Source: a virus (Duplodnaviria > Caudoviricetes). From it: 64,000 nt of DNA. Location of the stretch: positions 1 to 64,000 of IMG/VR virus record IMGVR_UViG_3300042268_000478, one strand, 5' to 3'. Shown here in pieces: positions 47,280 to 55,914 of the stretch. Numbering within the stretch: the first letter of the stretch is position 1; the number at the start of each line of letters is the position of its first letter. The notes under the pieces were generated by a model. That model had not been told where the DNA came from, made no database searches, and saw only the letters and a program-made list of their open reading frames with translations. The position numbers and the translations under genes were made by a program.

Positions 47280-48106
47280 TGGCAACACGCATAGAAAAAG
47301 GATTTTTCGACCTTAACCGGAGCATCAACGCCGAGGGATATCTGACCGCAATGGAAGTGCCGTACATCGTCTTTGAGGTTGATGACGAGGAAGCGGCGCT
47401 GGATGCGGTTCATTTAGAGGCTGAACAGGAGATTGGGCGGCTTCGCTTGCAGAGTATTGAAATTGACGAACGCATCAACGAGGACACTTTCAAAGTTCGG
47501 GCAACATACGAACCGCTGGTTTATGAAACCGATGGCGATACCCCGGAAATGGAGCCGAGTTTCGCTTTCGATACTGGCGGAGGTTCTCGGCATATCATGC
47601 AGAGCCTCAAAACAACCAATAAATATCCATCCAGCTCACCGGATTTTGGCGGTGCAATCGGAGTTGATAATGAGGGCAATGTCAATGGCGTGGACGTGAC
47701 TATCCCGACGATGAATTTCACTGAAACCCATTACATGAGACCGTCGAAAGTTTCAACCCGATACAAGCAAACCATTGCAGATTTGACCGGGAGCGTCAAT
47801 AATTCCAAATTCAAAGGCTATGATGCTGGAGAAGTTTTATTCCTTGGCGCTTCGGGTTCAAGGCGTGGTAAACGTTCTGACGATTACTGGGAAATTACCT
47901 TCAAATTTGCGGTGTCGGTCAACGTCAAAAACATGAAAGTCGGCGACCTGACCGTGAGCAAGAAAGACGGTTGGGATTATCTGTGGGTACGCTATCACAA
48001 CGATGTTTCAGACGATCAGAAGAATCTAATTAAAAAGCCGGTTGGGGCTTACGTTGAGCAGGTCTACGAAGCAAAAAACTTTGGTGCTTTGGGGATTGGC
48101 CGATGA
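47279..48106 (+). CDS. tail protein (distal tail/hub-like)
   Basis: Immediately after the TMP, coupled TAATG; G.VN...F.G...GEVLFLG. Confidence 0.6.
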   Translation: MATRIEKGFFDLNRSINAEGYLTAMEVPYIVFEVDDEEAALDAVHLEAEQEIGRLRLQSIEIDERINEDTFKVRATYEPLVYETDGDTPEMEPSFAFDTGGGSRHIMQSLKTTNKYPSSSPDFGGAIGVDNEGNVNGVDVTIPTMNFTETHYMRPSKVSTRYKQTIADLTGSVNNSKFKGYDAGEVLFLGASGSRRGKRSDDYWEITFKFAVSVNVKNMKVGDLTVSKKDGWDYLWVRYHNDVSDDQKNLIKKPVGAYVEQVYEAKNFGALGIGR

Positions 48107-48175
48107 CCAGAACAAGTTCTGGACTTCGAGAAAATCCTCATGGATTTTCCGTACTTTTTAGGAGAGTGAATTATC

Positions 48176-49036
48176 ATGAATAAGGTTAAAACTGGACAGA
48201 AAGTTAATATCGCCGCTTCGACTTGGAACTCATTTATTGATGCGGCGAATCACACCAAGAATCTGCAAAGCGGAGGCATTAGCGCCGTTACTTCAAAAGG
48301 CATGTTCAAAACCGGGATTATGCTGGTTCAAAACGCCGCAGGGAATTTACTCAAGGAATTTACTCCAGTGGCATTGACTGATTTGATTATCACGCCAGAG
48401 AAGAACGAAAAGGAGTTCAAAACCCATGTCGCGGTATTGAAAGCCGAGGAGTTTGACGCAGACAACAAGGAGACCGCCACGATAGCTATTTTGCAGGAGC
48501 CAATTGATGACGGCAAACTTGGCCGCGCGATGGTCTTGGGGACGACTCCGGCAAAGGTGAATATTCAGGACAAGGAACATCTCTGTGCTACTCCAACCGA
48601 TGACGGCAAACTCGAATCCAACGATAAAGGCGATTGTCGAATTGTTTGGAAAGCTGATGATACAGGCGAACAATGGACATTACTTCTGCTTGGTGGTGGA
48701 GGCAAAGCCGCATGGGAGTACGATGGGCCATTCGCAATCGAATGGGACAGTGAAACAGAGCAAATCAAAGTCAAAGCTGGATATTTGAGCCGCAATGGCG
48801 AATGGCTGGAAGTGAGCGAAACCGAGCTTGCACCGTCTGAGGGATATATCTGTGTTTGCAGCCAAATCGATGACGAGGGCAACTGGAGTGAGCCGGAAGT
48901 GGAAATCTCCACGCCGGGCAAAGAGGCATATCCGATTGGCTACTGCGAGATGAAAGACGGCAAGGCAAAACTTTCCTGCTACGGCGTGCCAGTGGTAATT
49001 CTGATAGTTTCGGAAGTTTGCGAGGCTGACACATGA
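48176..49036 (+). CDS. tail tip-associated protein
   Basis: AGGAG SD; within the tail operon. Confidence 0.55.
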   Translation: MNKVKTGQKVNIAASTWNSFIDAANHTKNLQSGGISAVTSKGMFKTGIMLVQNAAGNLLKEFTPVALTDLIITPEKNEKEFKTHVAVLKAEEFDADNKETATIAILQEPIDDGKLGRAMVLGTTPAKVNIQDKEHLCATPTDDGKLESNDKGDCRIVWKADDTGEQWTLLLLGGGGKAAWEYDGPFAIEWDSETEQIKVKAGYLSRNGEWLEVSETELAPSEGYICVCSQIDDEGNWSEPEVEISTPGKEAYPIGYCEMKDGKAKLSCYGVPVVILIVSEVCEADT

Positions 49037-49461
49037 GCGAGGGTTCAAATAAATTATGGCTGCATCACGAAAACAAACGGCTCATTCGCAAAGAGAAAAA
49101 CGGCAAGTTGGTCATTTGTTGGGTTTGCCCGTGCTGTGAGCCGAAAGTCATTGCTTCAAAGATTACCAACAGCCGTTACGAATCGCAAAAACGCTGGAAT
49201 CTGCGTCCGTATCAGGGTGATAAGGTTGGCTTGCCGGGCGCAAGATGGCGACTCCGGGATGTGGGCGAAGCTCATCACAACAACCCGGACGCAAACTGTA
49301 GTGGAACCCAGTACAACAGCGGCATAGTCGATGAAAACGGCAAGCTGGTCGGTCTGCCCGACGAGTTCGTTTCCAGCTATTCATACAACGGCTATATGCA
49401 ACTTCAACAGGGGTGCATTCGTGAGGACGGCAACATCGAATGGCCGTGTCCCAATGGATAA
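49033..49461 (+). CDS. Cys-rich hypothetical tail-region protein
   Basis: CWVCPCC; ATGA overlap with the previous gene. Confidence 0.55.
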   Translation: MSEGSNKLWLHHENKRLIRKEKNGKLVICWVCPCCEPKVIASKITNSRYESQKRWNLRPYQGDKVGLPGARWRLRDVGEAHHNNPDANCSGTQYNSGIVDENGKLVGLPDEFVSSYSYNGYMQLQQGCIREDGNIEWPCPNG

Positions 49462-49476
49462 AAACAGAGGATTTCA

Positions 49477-50217
49477 ATGTTCAAATTTAATGAAAAAACT
49501 TACAATCACATGCCGTTTGCGGCTTACGATAAAGACGTCAATGCAAAGCAATTTTGCTGTTTGATGATTAACGGTTTGTGGAAGTTGCATCACTTCGACG
49601 GCGAAAGCTGGCAACGGATAAACACACATCTCCCGAAGGATGCAACCGAGTGTTCACCGACCGCTGAATGGGAGGACTGCATGTGGAAGATTTCATTTGT
49701 CGCTGGAGGCTTCGAGGGTGGTCGGCAGTTCAAGCTCTACCGTATGTTGGGGCTGAATGGCACACCAATGGAGCAATGCCCGGCTGATGTTGGCTTTGTG
49801 TGGAAAGACCGCATCGCCTATGCCGGACGGCGCGGGCCGCTGTTCGTCATCGATCCCGAACAGCACATGGAGATAAAATTTCACAACGTCGAATTTCTCT
49901 ACCGGGTTTCCTATGATGCAAGCAATCCGCGAATGCTGCTGATTTCAGGTCAGTTGCATGGCGGCGAGATTTTCTCTTGGGCGTATCATCCGGAGATGAA
50001 CCGGCTCTTTGAAGTCATTGCCGATGGTCGAGTCGCCTACAAAGCCGCGAGTTGGAATAGCGACTGTTACTACGCTGAACGTCGGGGTGGCGACGATTTC
50101 GAGGAACGCCATATCCGTAAAGCTCAACATCTGCAACTCAAACCTTTTATTGTGGATGAATATGTCTCGCTGAATATCGAAAATACAGCAAGCGACATAG
50201 CACCGGAGTTTGAATAA
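49477..50217 (+). CDS. hypothetical beta-rich protein
   Basis: GAGG SD; aromatic, beta-strand-rich sequence. Confidence 0.55.
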   Translation: MFKFNEKTYNHMPFAAYDKDVNAKQFCCLMINGLWKLHHFDGESWQRINTHLPKDATECSPTAEWEDCMWKISFVAGGFEGGRQFKLYRMLGLNGTPMEQCPADVGFVWKDRIAYAGRRGPLFVIDPEQHMEIKFHNVEFLYRVSYDASNPRMLLISGQLHGGEIFSWAYHPEMNRLFEVIADGRVAYKAASWNSDCYYAERRGGDDFEERHIRKAQHLQLKPFIVDEYVSLNIENTASDIAPEFE

Positions 50218-50579
50218 TGAGTTGTAATTGTCATGGCAAAAACGGTGTCAGCGTCGGCAGAACTTCTCCCTATGACCAATGTAGTAGTTGTGCAAAGAAG
50301 CACATTGTCAAGGCGTGGAGTCTGTGGAATGAATTTACTTACCTTGATGACAACCGCGATACGATATCGGGGCAACTCCGGCTGGCGGTGGATCATCTGA
50401 TGTACGATCACCGCGATACTGCGCTCAAGGCTCGTAATTTAGCAATGCTCATTGAGGAAAACCGAGATAAAGAAATTGGCAGTCAATGGCAAGAGCTACT
50501 TGAGGCGGTTCGGGGACATTTTTATGCCGATAATCCGCGAATGGCAAAACGGCTAAACAAACTTAAAGAGGAAAGATAA
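50217..50579 (+). CDS. hypothetical protein with N-terminal Cys/His cluster
   Basis: MSCNCH...CSSCAKKH; TAATG coupling. Confidence 0.55.
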   Translation: MSCNCHGKNGVSVGRTSPYDQCSSCAKKHIVKAWSLWNEFTYLDDNRDTISGQLRLAVDHLMYDHRDTALKARNLAMLIEENRDKEIGSQWQELLEAVRGHFYADNPRMAKRLNKLKEER

Positions 50580-50580
50580 T

Positions 50581-51981
50581 ATGCAACAGGTGCAAATGTA
50601 TTTAAGGGCGAATTCGACCTTGGCTACGCTGGTTGATGAGTTCAATCAGACGCTGTCGTCGTCGAGCGTCCCGGCGATTGTGCGGGGGATGCAGGTTGAA
50701 TTGATTTTGACTTTGCTTGATCGTGACGGCGAACCTTATTCACCACTGGATTTCGATTCATGGGAGTTCGTACTGGCAACCGACTGGGATGCTGGAACAC
50801 CACCGCAAATCTTGGTAAATTCAGGTATTACTATTGACGGTAGCAACGTCCATGTGCCGATTCTGAACACCAACACCGCTGAACTTGCGGCGGCATTGTC
50901 GACAAAGGAATCAATCAAAATTGGCGCTGAACTCTGTGGATTTAATGCAGGAGAAACCACTCCAGCATTTGTTTTACAGTTCAATCTTGGCATCCGCAAC
51001 CGGCGCAGTTCGTCAGGCACCGGCACGGCTGAACCTGTCGGCGACGGAACTTACAGCGCGGCGCAGGTTGATGCGTTGTTCGCCGCCGGATACGATGTTC
51101 AATTCTCAATCGACGGCGAAACTCTCTGGCATGAAGAACAGCTCTTTGGCGACCAGTATTTTCGCATCCGCAATGCGGCATATGAAAACAGCGCCTATTC
51201 TGACGCAATCCAGCTTCTACCCGGAGCCATCGGCGAACCCGGCGAGAGTTCTTACATCTACGTTGCCTGGGCAACCGCCGATGACGGGACTGGATTTGTC
51301 ACTGAACCGGGCAACCTGACCAACGCACACAAATACATCGCGTTCCTGGTCAGCGAGGTTGAAACCGCAGAGCTTTCCGCATCGGATTTTGCCGGACTAT
51401 GGACAAAATATCGCGGTGAAGATGGCCAAGGCGTGGGTGATATGACCAAGGCGGTCTATGATTCAGATGACGACGGCAAGGTAAACGCCGCCGTCCATGC
51501 CGACAGCGCTGGAGCCGTTGACTGGTCTAACGTCGGCAACAAACCATCGGAGTTTACGCCTGAAGTTCACAATCACAGCATAGCGACATTGTCCGACCCG
51601 GTGAGGCAGAAAGCCGTCACCGAAAGCAACCCGGCAACGCTGTATGTCGATACGCCGATTATCCGCAAAAGTTCGCATAGCAGTTCAACGCTGAATATTG
51701 ATTTTACCGCGATAAAAGACACGTTCGACGGTGAAGCTTATTCCGTGGTCAATGGAGATTTTTTCACTTGGGAATATCACGTTCCGGCGTCTGTGAATAT
51801 TACCGGGATAATCGTTGGTTCGCTCAATTCGACCATGACTGGCATCAGCATCCCGGAGGCAATTGATCTGATTGGTGGCAATAACACCGTCCATGTCTTT
51901 GCGGTGCGCGGAGTCTATAAATCCGGGGCAGTAAACAATCTTGCTTTGCAGGTCAACTATGCCTACAGTTATGAGGGGTGA
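50581..51981 (+). CDS. tail fibre/baseplate anchor protein
   Basis: GDMTKAVYD.DDDGKV..A..AD and WSNVGNKPSEFTPEVHNH fibre motifs; short Gly-X-Y stretch. Confidence 0.7.
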   Translation: MQQVQMYLRANSTLATLVDEFNQTLSSSSVPAIVRGMQVELILTLLDRDGEPYSPLDFDSWEFVLATDWDAGTPPQILVNSGITIDGSNVHVPILNTNTAELAAALSTKESIKIGAELCGFNAGETTPAFVLQFNLGIRNRRSSSGTGTAEPVGDGTYSAAQVDALFAAGYDVQFSIDGETLWHEEQLFGDQYFRIRNAAYENSAYSDAIQLLPGAIGEPGESSYIYVAWATADDGTGFVTEPGNLTNAHKYIAFLVSEVETAELSASDFAGLWTKYRGEDGQGVGDMTKAVYDSDDDGKVNAAVHADSAGAVDWSNVGNKPSEFTPEVHNHSIATLSDPVRQKAVTESNPATLYVDTPIIRKSSHSSSTLNIDFTAIKDTFDGEAYSVVNGDFFTWEYHVPASVNITGIIVGSLNSTMTGISIPEAIDLIGGNNTVHVFAVRGVYKSGAVNNLALQVNYAYSYEG

Positions 51982-53504
51982 GCATGGCAAAAATTCCATT
52001 TAAATTCAACCCGCTTGGCTGTAAAAATCTGACGGTCAACTCTGCTCGATACGGTACGGCTGGAGTGTTCAACTACCTTTCAAACGGACGTTGCAATCAG
52101 AGCGCGATGCAGATTTCAGGGACGGTTTTGCTGTCTCATCGGGTCTATTCGCAGTATCTGTTTTCAGGCGGCACGGCGACTCAAACCGAGATTAACTATG
52201 GCGCAAGACAGTACGTCAGCGGCGGCACGGCGATCAGCGCGGCGGTCAATTCAAACGGATATCAATATGTTTATTCAGGCGGCGCGACGCAGGAAGCCAA
52301 GGTCAATTACAGCGGACGCAAGATTGTCAGCAACGGCGGCACGGCGGTAAGTGCGCAGGTTGCTTCGCGTGGTTACATGAGCGTTTGTTCAGGCGGTCAA
52401 GCCCACGGCGCAGTAGTCAGTTACGGCGGTTATATCTATTTGAGCAACGGCGCTTACGCGAGCGGAGTTGAGATTAAATCCAACGGTAGCGTGTACCTCA
52501 ACGGCGATTGTGAAGCGATCGACACCATAATTTCAAGCGGTGCGCAGTTTATCGTCAACAACAGCCAGCGGGCAAATGGCGTAAATGTTCAGAGCCAAGG
52601 CAGATTTTATGTATCGTCGGGCGGTACTGCTTTGAATGTCAGTGCGCAACCCAACTCCTACATTATCGCCGGAATTTACGGCTATGATGAACGGACGGTA
52701 GTCGATGGTTCGCACGAATCCGGCGCATTCAGCTTGAGCGATGGGGTTGCAAATAACTGGCTGATTTACGGCGACCGCCAGTATGTCTATTACGGTGGGA
52801 CGGCAATTTCAACCACGCTTCATTCGGGCGGCTCGCAGGTGGTTTCATTCGGCGGCGTTGCCAGCGATACCATCGCCAATTCCTACGGCAGATTATATGT
52901 CTACAGCTCGGGAACGGCGAAAAATCCAATCGTTAGTTCGGGCGGTTACATGGAACTTCAGCAAGGCGGCATCGGCGAAAATATCACGCTTGAAAGCTAT
53001 GCGTCGATGGGAGTTTATCAATTTTCGTTCGCTTCCGGCACGGTGATGTCCAGCCGCTCGTATCAGTATGTTTCGCTTGGAGCGTCATCGGTTGATGCAG
53101 TGATTATGTCGGGTGCGACCCAGTTTATTTCACAGGCATCTTATGCCAGCGGCACGGTGATTTCAAGCGGCGGTTATCAGGTGCTGTCTTACGGTGGGCA
53201 AGCCTACGACACAGTAATCTCGCCGGGCGGTCAGCAACGGATTTCGCACTACTGCACCGCAGGAGGATTGTCGGTATGTTCAGGCGGTCGCGGCTATTGC
53301 TACAGCCAAAGCGTCGCCAACTCCGTGACCATCGACGAGGGCGGCTACTATGACCTTGGTGCACACTGCAAAGGCTCGATTTATCACGTCGCTTTGGGAG
53401 GGACATTGAACGTCGGCAACAATGCCAGTGCTTTGGCGGTGACATCCGAAGCTGGAGCAGTAGTCAACAGCGGAACAAGTTCATTTATCGAATACACAAC
53501 ATAA
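51978..53504 (+). CDS. AIDA-I/TibA-type 19-aa repeat beta-helix protein without signal peptide or barrel
   Basis: About 20 repeats such as TAISAAVNSNGYQYVYSGG and YASGTVISSGGYQVLSYGG, plus an AIDA-type linker VDGSHESGAFSLSDGVANN. Confidence 0.85.
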   Translation: MSMAKIPFKFNPLGCKNLTVNSARYGTAGVFNYLSNGRCNQSAMQISGTVLLSHRVYSQYLFSGGTATQTEINYGARQYVSGGTAISAAVNSNGYQYVYSGGATQEAKVNYSGRKIVSNGGTAVSAQVASRGYMSVCSGGQAHGAVVSYGGYIYLSNGAYASGVEIKSNGSVYLNGDCEAIDTIISSGAQFIVNNSQRANGVNVQSQGRFYVSSGGTALNVSAQPNSYIIAGIYGYDERTVVDGSHESGAFSLSDGVANNWLIYGDRQYVYYGGTAISTTLHSGGSQVVSFGGVASDTIANSYGRLYVYSSGTAKNPIVSSGGYMELQQGGIGENITLESYASMGVYQFSFASGTVMSSRSYQYVSLGASSVDAVIMSGATQFISQASYASGTVISSGGYQVLSYGGQAYDTVISPGGQQRISHYCTAGGLSVCSGGRGYCYSQSVANSVTIDEGGYYDLGAHCKGSIYHVALGGTLNVGNNASALAVTSEAGAVVNSGTSSFIEYTT

Positions 53505-53512
53505 GGACAAAA

Positions 53513-54748
53513 ATGCAAAATCTAACCATAAAATGCGGTGCGCAGCCAAGCGCACCAGAGGTACGACAGCCTCCAGTCTTTGCGCCGCCGCCTGAACAGC
53601 TCACGCAAGAAGCGGTTGAGGAAATCAGATTTGATTATAATGACGGCGTGAGGGTTTCGTTTCCCAAATCGGGCAAGTACCGCTGTATGCTGACTGATAT
53701 GGACAGCGGGGCGGTAGTCTATAACATGGACGTTGAACCGGGGGTAACCGTTGCGAGTGTGAAGAAGTTTTTTGTGCCGTACAGAATCGATATTTTTGGA
53801 ACTAAATCCAAGAAAAACGTGTTTTTTCACGACTTTAATCCGAAAAACAGAGATGTGCTGGTGCAAATCCCAATCGGGACGCTCGGCGACACTATTGCCT
53901 GGTTTTCCTACGTCGAGCGTTTTCAGCAAAAACATCAATGCCGATTACATGTGTCGATGGCTCCTTGGATTGCGGAGATTTTCAAGACTCAATATCCCGA
54001 TATTCACTTCATTACGATGGATGAGGCTGCAAAACTCAAGCCGTATGCAACCATCAATCTCGGGCTGTTTTTTCAGGACAACACAGATAATCAGCCGGTT
54101 GATTTTCGTCAGGCAGGCTTGCATAAAACCGCCGGGTGCATTCTCGGGCTGGATGACCTATCAGAAGTACCACCAAGGGTGGATTTGTCAGCGCTACGCT
54201 CAATCAAAGAGCCGTATGTGGTGATAGCGACGCAAGCAAGCAGTCAGGCAAAATACTGGAACAACCCCAACGGCTGGCACGAGGTCATCGCTTATCTGAA
54301 ATCTAAAGGCTACCGGGTGCTGTGCATCGACAAAAATCGAGTCTGCGGCGCCGGTGTGGTGTGGAATCATATTCCGCATGGGGCTGAGGACTTTACAGGC
54401 GATTTGCCGTTGCAGAAGCGCATTAATCTTATCAAAGATGCCGACATGTTCATCGGCTTGAGTTCGGGATTGAGCTGGTTGGCGTGGTGCTGCAAAGTTC
54501 CGGTACTGCTCATCAGCGGATTTACCGCCGAAAACAACGAATTTCACACGCCGTACCGGGTAATAAACCATCGTGTCTGCCATTCCTGCTGGAACGATAT
54601 GCGCTGCGATTTCGACCACTTCGACTTTCTGTGGTGTCCGCGCCACAAGAACACCGAACGGCAATTCGAATGCACAAAATTCATCACGCCGAAAATGGTA
54701 ATCGATAAAATTAAAATCATCAAACACGGAGGCAAATCATGCAAATAG
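53513..54748 (+). CDS. autotransporter O-heptosyltransferase (Aah/TibC, BAHT family)
   Basis: FDYNDGVRV, S.KKFFVPYRI, GTLGD..AW, QAKYWNN..GW, DFTGDLPLQ.R, GLSSGLSWLAW, iron finger CHSCWND..FDHFDFLWCPRHK.T.RQFECT. Confidence 0.93.
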   Translation: MQNLTIKCGAQPSAPEVRQPPVFAPPPEQLTQEAVEEIRFDYNDGVRVSFPKSGKYRCMLTDMDSGAVVYNMDVEPGVTVASVKKFFVPYRIDIFGTKSKKNVFFHDFNPKNRDVLVQIPIGTLGDTIAWFSYVERFQQKHQCRLHVSMAPWIAEIFKTQYPDIHFITMDEAAKLKPYATINLGLFFQDNTDNQPVDFRQAGLHKTAGCILGLDDLSEVPPRVDLSALRSIKEPYVVIATQASSQAKYWNNPNGWHEVIAYLKSKGYRVLCIDKNRVCGAGVVWNHIPHGAEDFTGDLPLQKRINLIKDADMFIGLSSGLSWLAWCCKVPVLLISGFTAENNEFHTPYRVINHRVCHSCWNDMRCDFDHFDFLWCPRHKNTERQFECTKFITPKMVIDKIKIIKHGGKSCK

Positions 54749-54981
54749 ATCAGTACGGCTTTGAGGCGAGAAGCATGTTTTTTCAACGCAAACAACTCCA
54801 GCCTTACCGGGTTGTGGAGACCGCGTCGGCAACTTTTATGTGTTTCGGCGACGAACCGCAACGCCCGATTCACCGCATCACGAAAAACGGCACGGAGACC
54901 GTTGTTGAGTGGGCGTTCGGGGCGTGGAACGACAAAGAAACCCTTGCTTATGTGCCAATCAATCAAACCTTGGAGGTGTAG
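54739..54981 (+). CDS. small tail-region protein
   Basis: GGAGG SD; 80 aa within the operon. Confidence 0.55.
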   Translation: MQIDQYGFEARSMFFQRKQLQPYRVVETASATFMCFGDEPQRPIHRITKNGTETVVEWAFGAWNDKETLAYVPINQTLEV

Positions 54982-54984
54982 AAT

Positions 54985-55473
54985 ATGGACACAAAATTCG
55001 ATTCTTTGCTTGGGCAGATGCGCGAATCCGACGGTTCAGGCGGCGAAATTAACTACACCATCAACGGTCAGGAGCCAGACGAAAGCGGTAATTTTGCCGT
55101 TACGGCCGCCGGGGTCGGTGCGGCTGAGGATGTTCATGCTCACATTATCGCTGACGTTACCGGTCTGCAAAGTGCTTTGGACGACAAATCTGATGCCGAA
55201 CACAGTCACGAGCTTGTTGGCTCGGTGGCGGTTGGCGGCGAAACCGTCAGCGGCGAGATTACTTTGGAGGCGTCGGACAATATTCTGTTATCCGCTTCCG
55301 GTCAGGAAATAACCATCACCGGCGAACCATATGCCGTCACCGTCGCCGCATCGATTCCCGATTCCAATACCAGTAATACCGAACCGGTCAAAATCTTTTC
55401 AGGCACGCAGGCTGACTGGGATGCTTTCACGCCCGAAAGCAACGTCCGTTATGTGGTTTTCATTCATGAATAG
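54985..55473 (+). CDS. tail fibre repeat protein (HxH repeats)
   Basis: TING..PD..GN, HAH.IADVTGLQSALD.K...HSH. Confidence 0.7.
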   Translation: MDTKFDSLLGQMRESDGSGGEINYTINGQEPDESGNFAVTAAGVGAAEDVHAHIIADVTGLQSALDDKSDAEHSHELVGSVAVGGETVSGEITLEASDNILLSASGQEITITGEPYAVTVAASIPDSNTSNTEPVKIFSGTQADWDAFTPESNVRYVVFIHE

Positions 55474-55479
55474 GGAGGC

Positions 55480-55914
55480 GTGATGCTTTACACAATAAAC
55501 AATATTTACCCGGATATGAATTTCGCCTTTACCTTGACCGCGGGGACTTTGGGACTGGCTCCGCTGGCGCATACTCACGGCATTGGCGATATAAGCCAGC
55601 TTGCCGACGAACTTAACGGTAAAGCTGATGGCGGGCATCAGCACGAGGCGGTTCCGGCAGTAATCGTCGACCGGGATCGGTTGACTGGGAATATAACTCT
55701 AACCGGCGCTGGTTCAGTCGCCGCAAATAAATCGGGTTCAATTATAACCATCGCTTCAGCCCCGGCTCAATCCGGCAATGTCGCGGCGTTCCGCAACGCC
55801 AATCCGGCAAGACGGCACACCATGCTCAAACTCTTTTTCGGCGACTGCCGCAGCATCGACAGCGATTCAGAAAACTTAATTTTTACGGAGGACAGCAATG
55901 CTCCAGCATCTTGA
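55480..55914 (+). CDS. tail fibre repeat protein, paralogue of 54985..55473
   Basis: HTH.IGDISQL.DEL.GK...HQH, then G.ITL...ITI, as in the preceding gene. Confidence 0.65.
   Translation: MMLYTINNIYPDMNFAFTLTAGTLGLAPLAHTHGIGDISQLADELNGKADGGHQHEAVPAVIVDRDRLTGNITLTGAGSVAANKSGSIITIASAPAQSGNVAAFRNANPARRHTMLKLFFGDCRSIDSDSENLIFTEDSNAPAS

Noticed and set aside
51978-53504. Classical secreted autotransporter adhesin
   Set aside because: No hydrophobic signal peptide and no C-terminal beta-barrel; no barrel or TpsB gene nearby; embedded in the tail operon.
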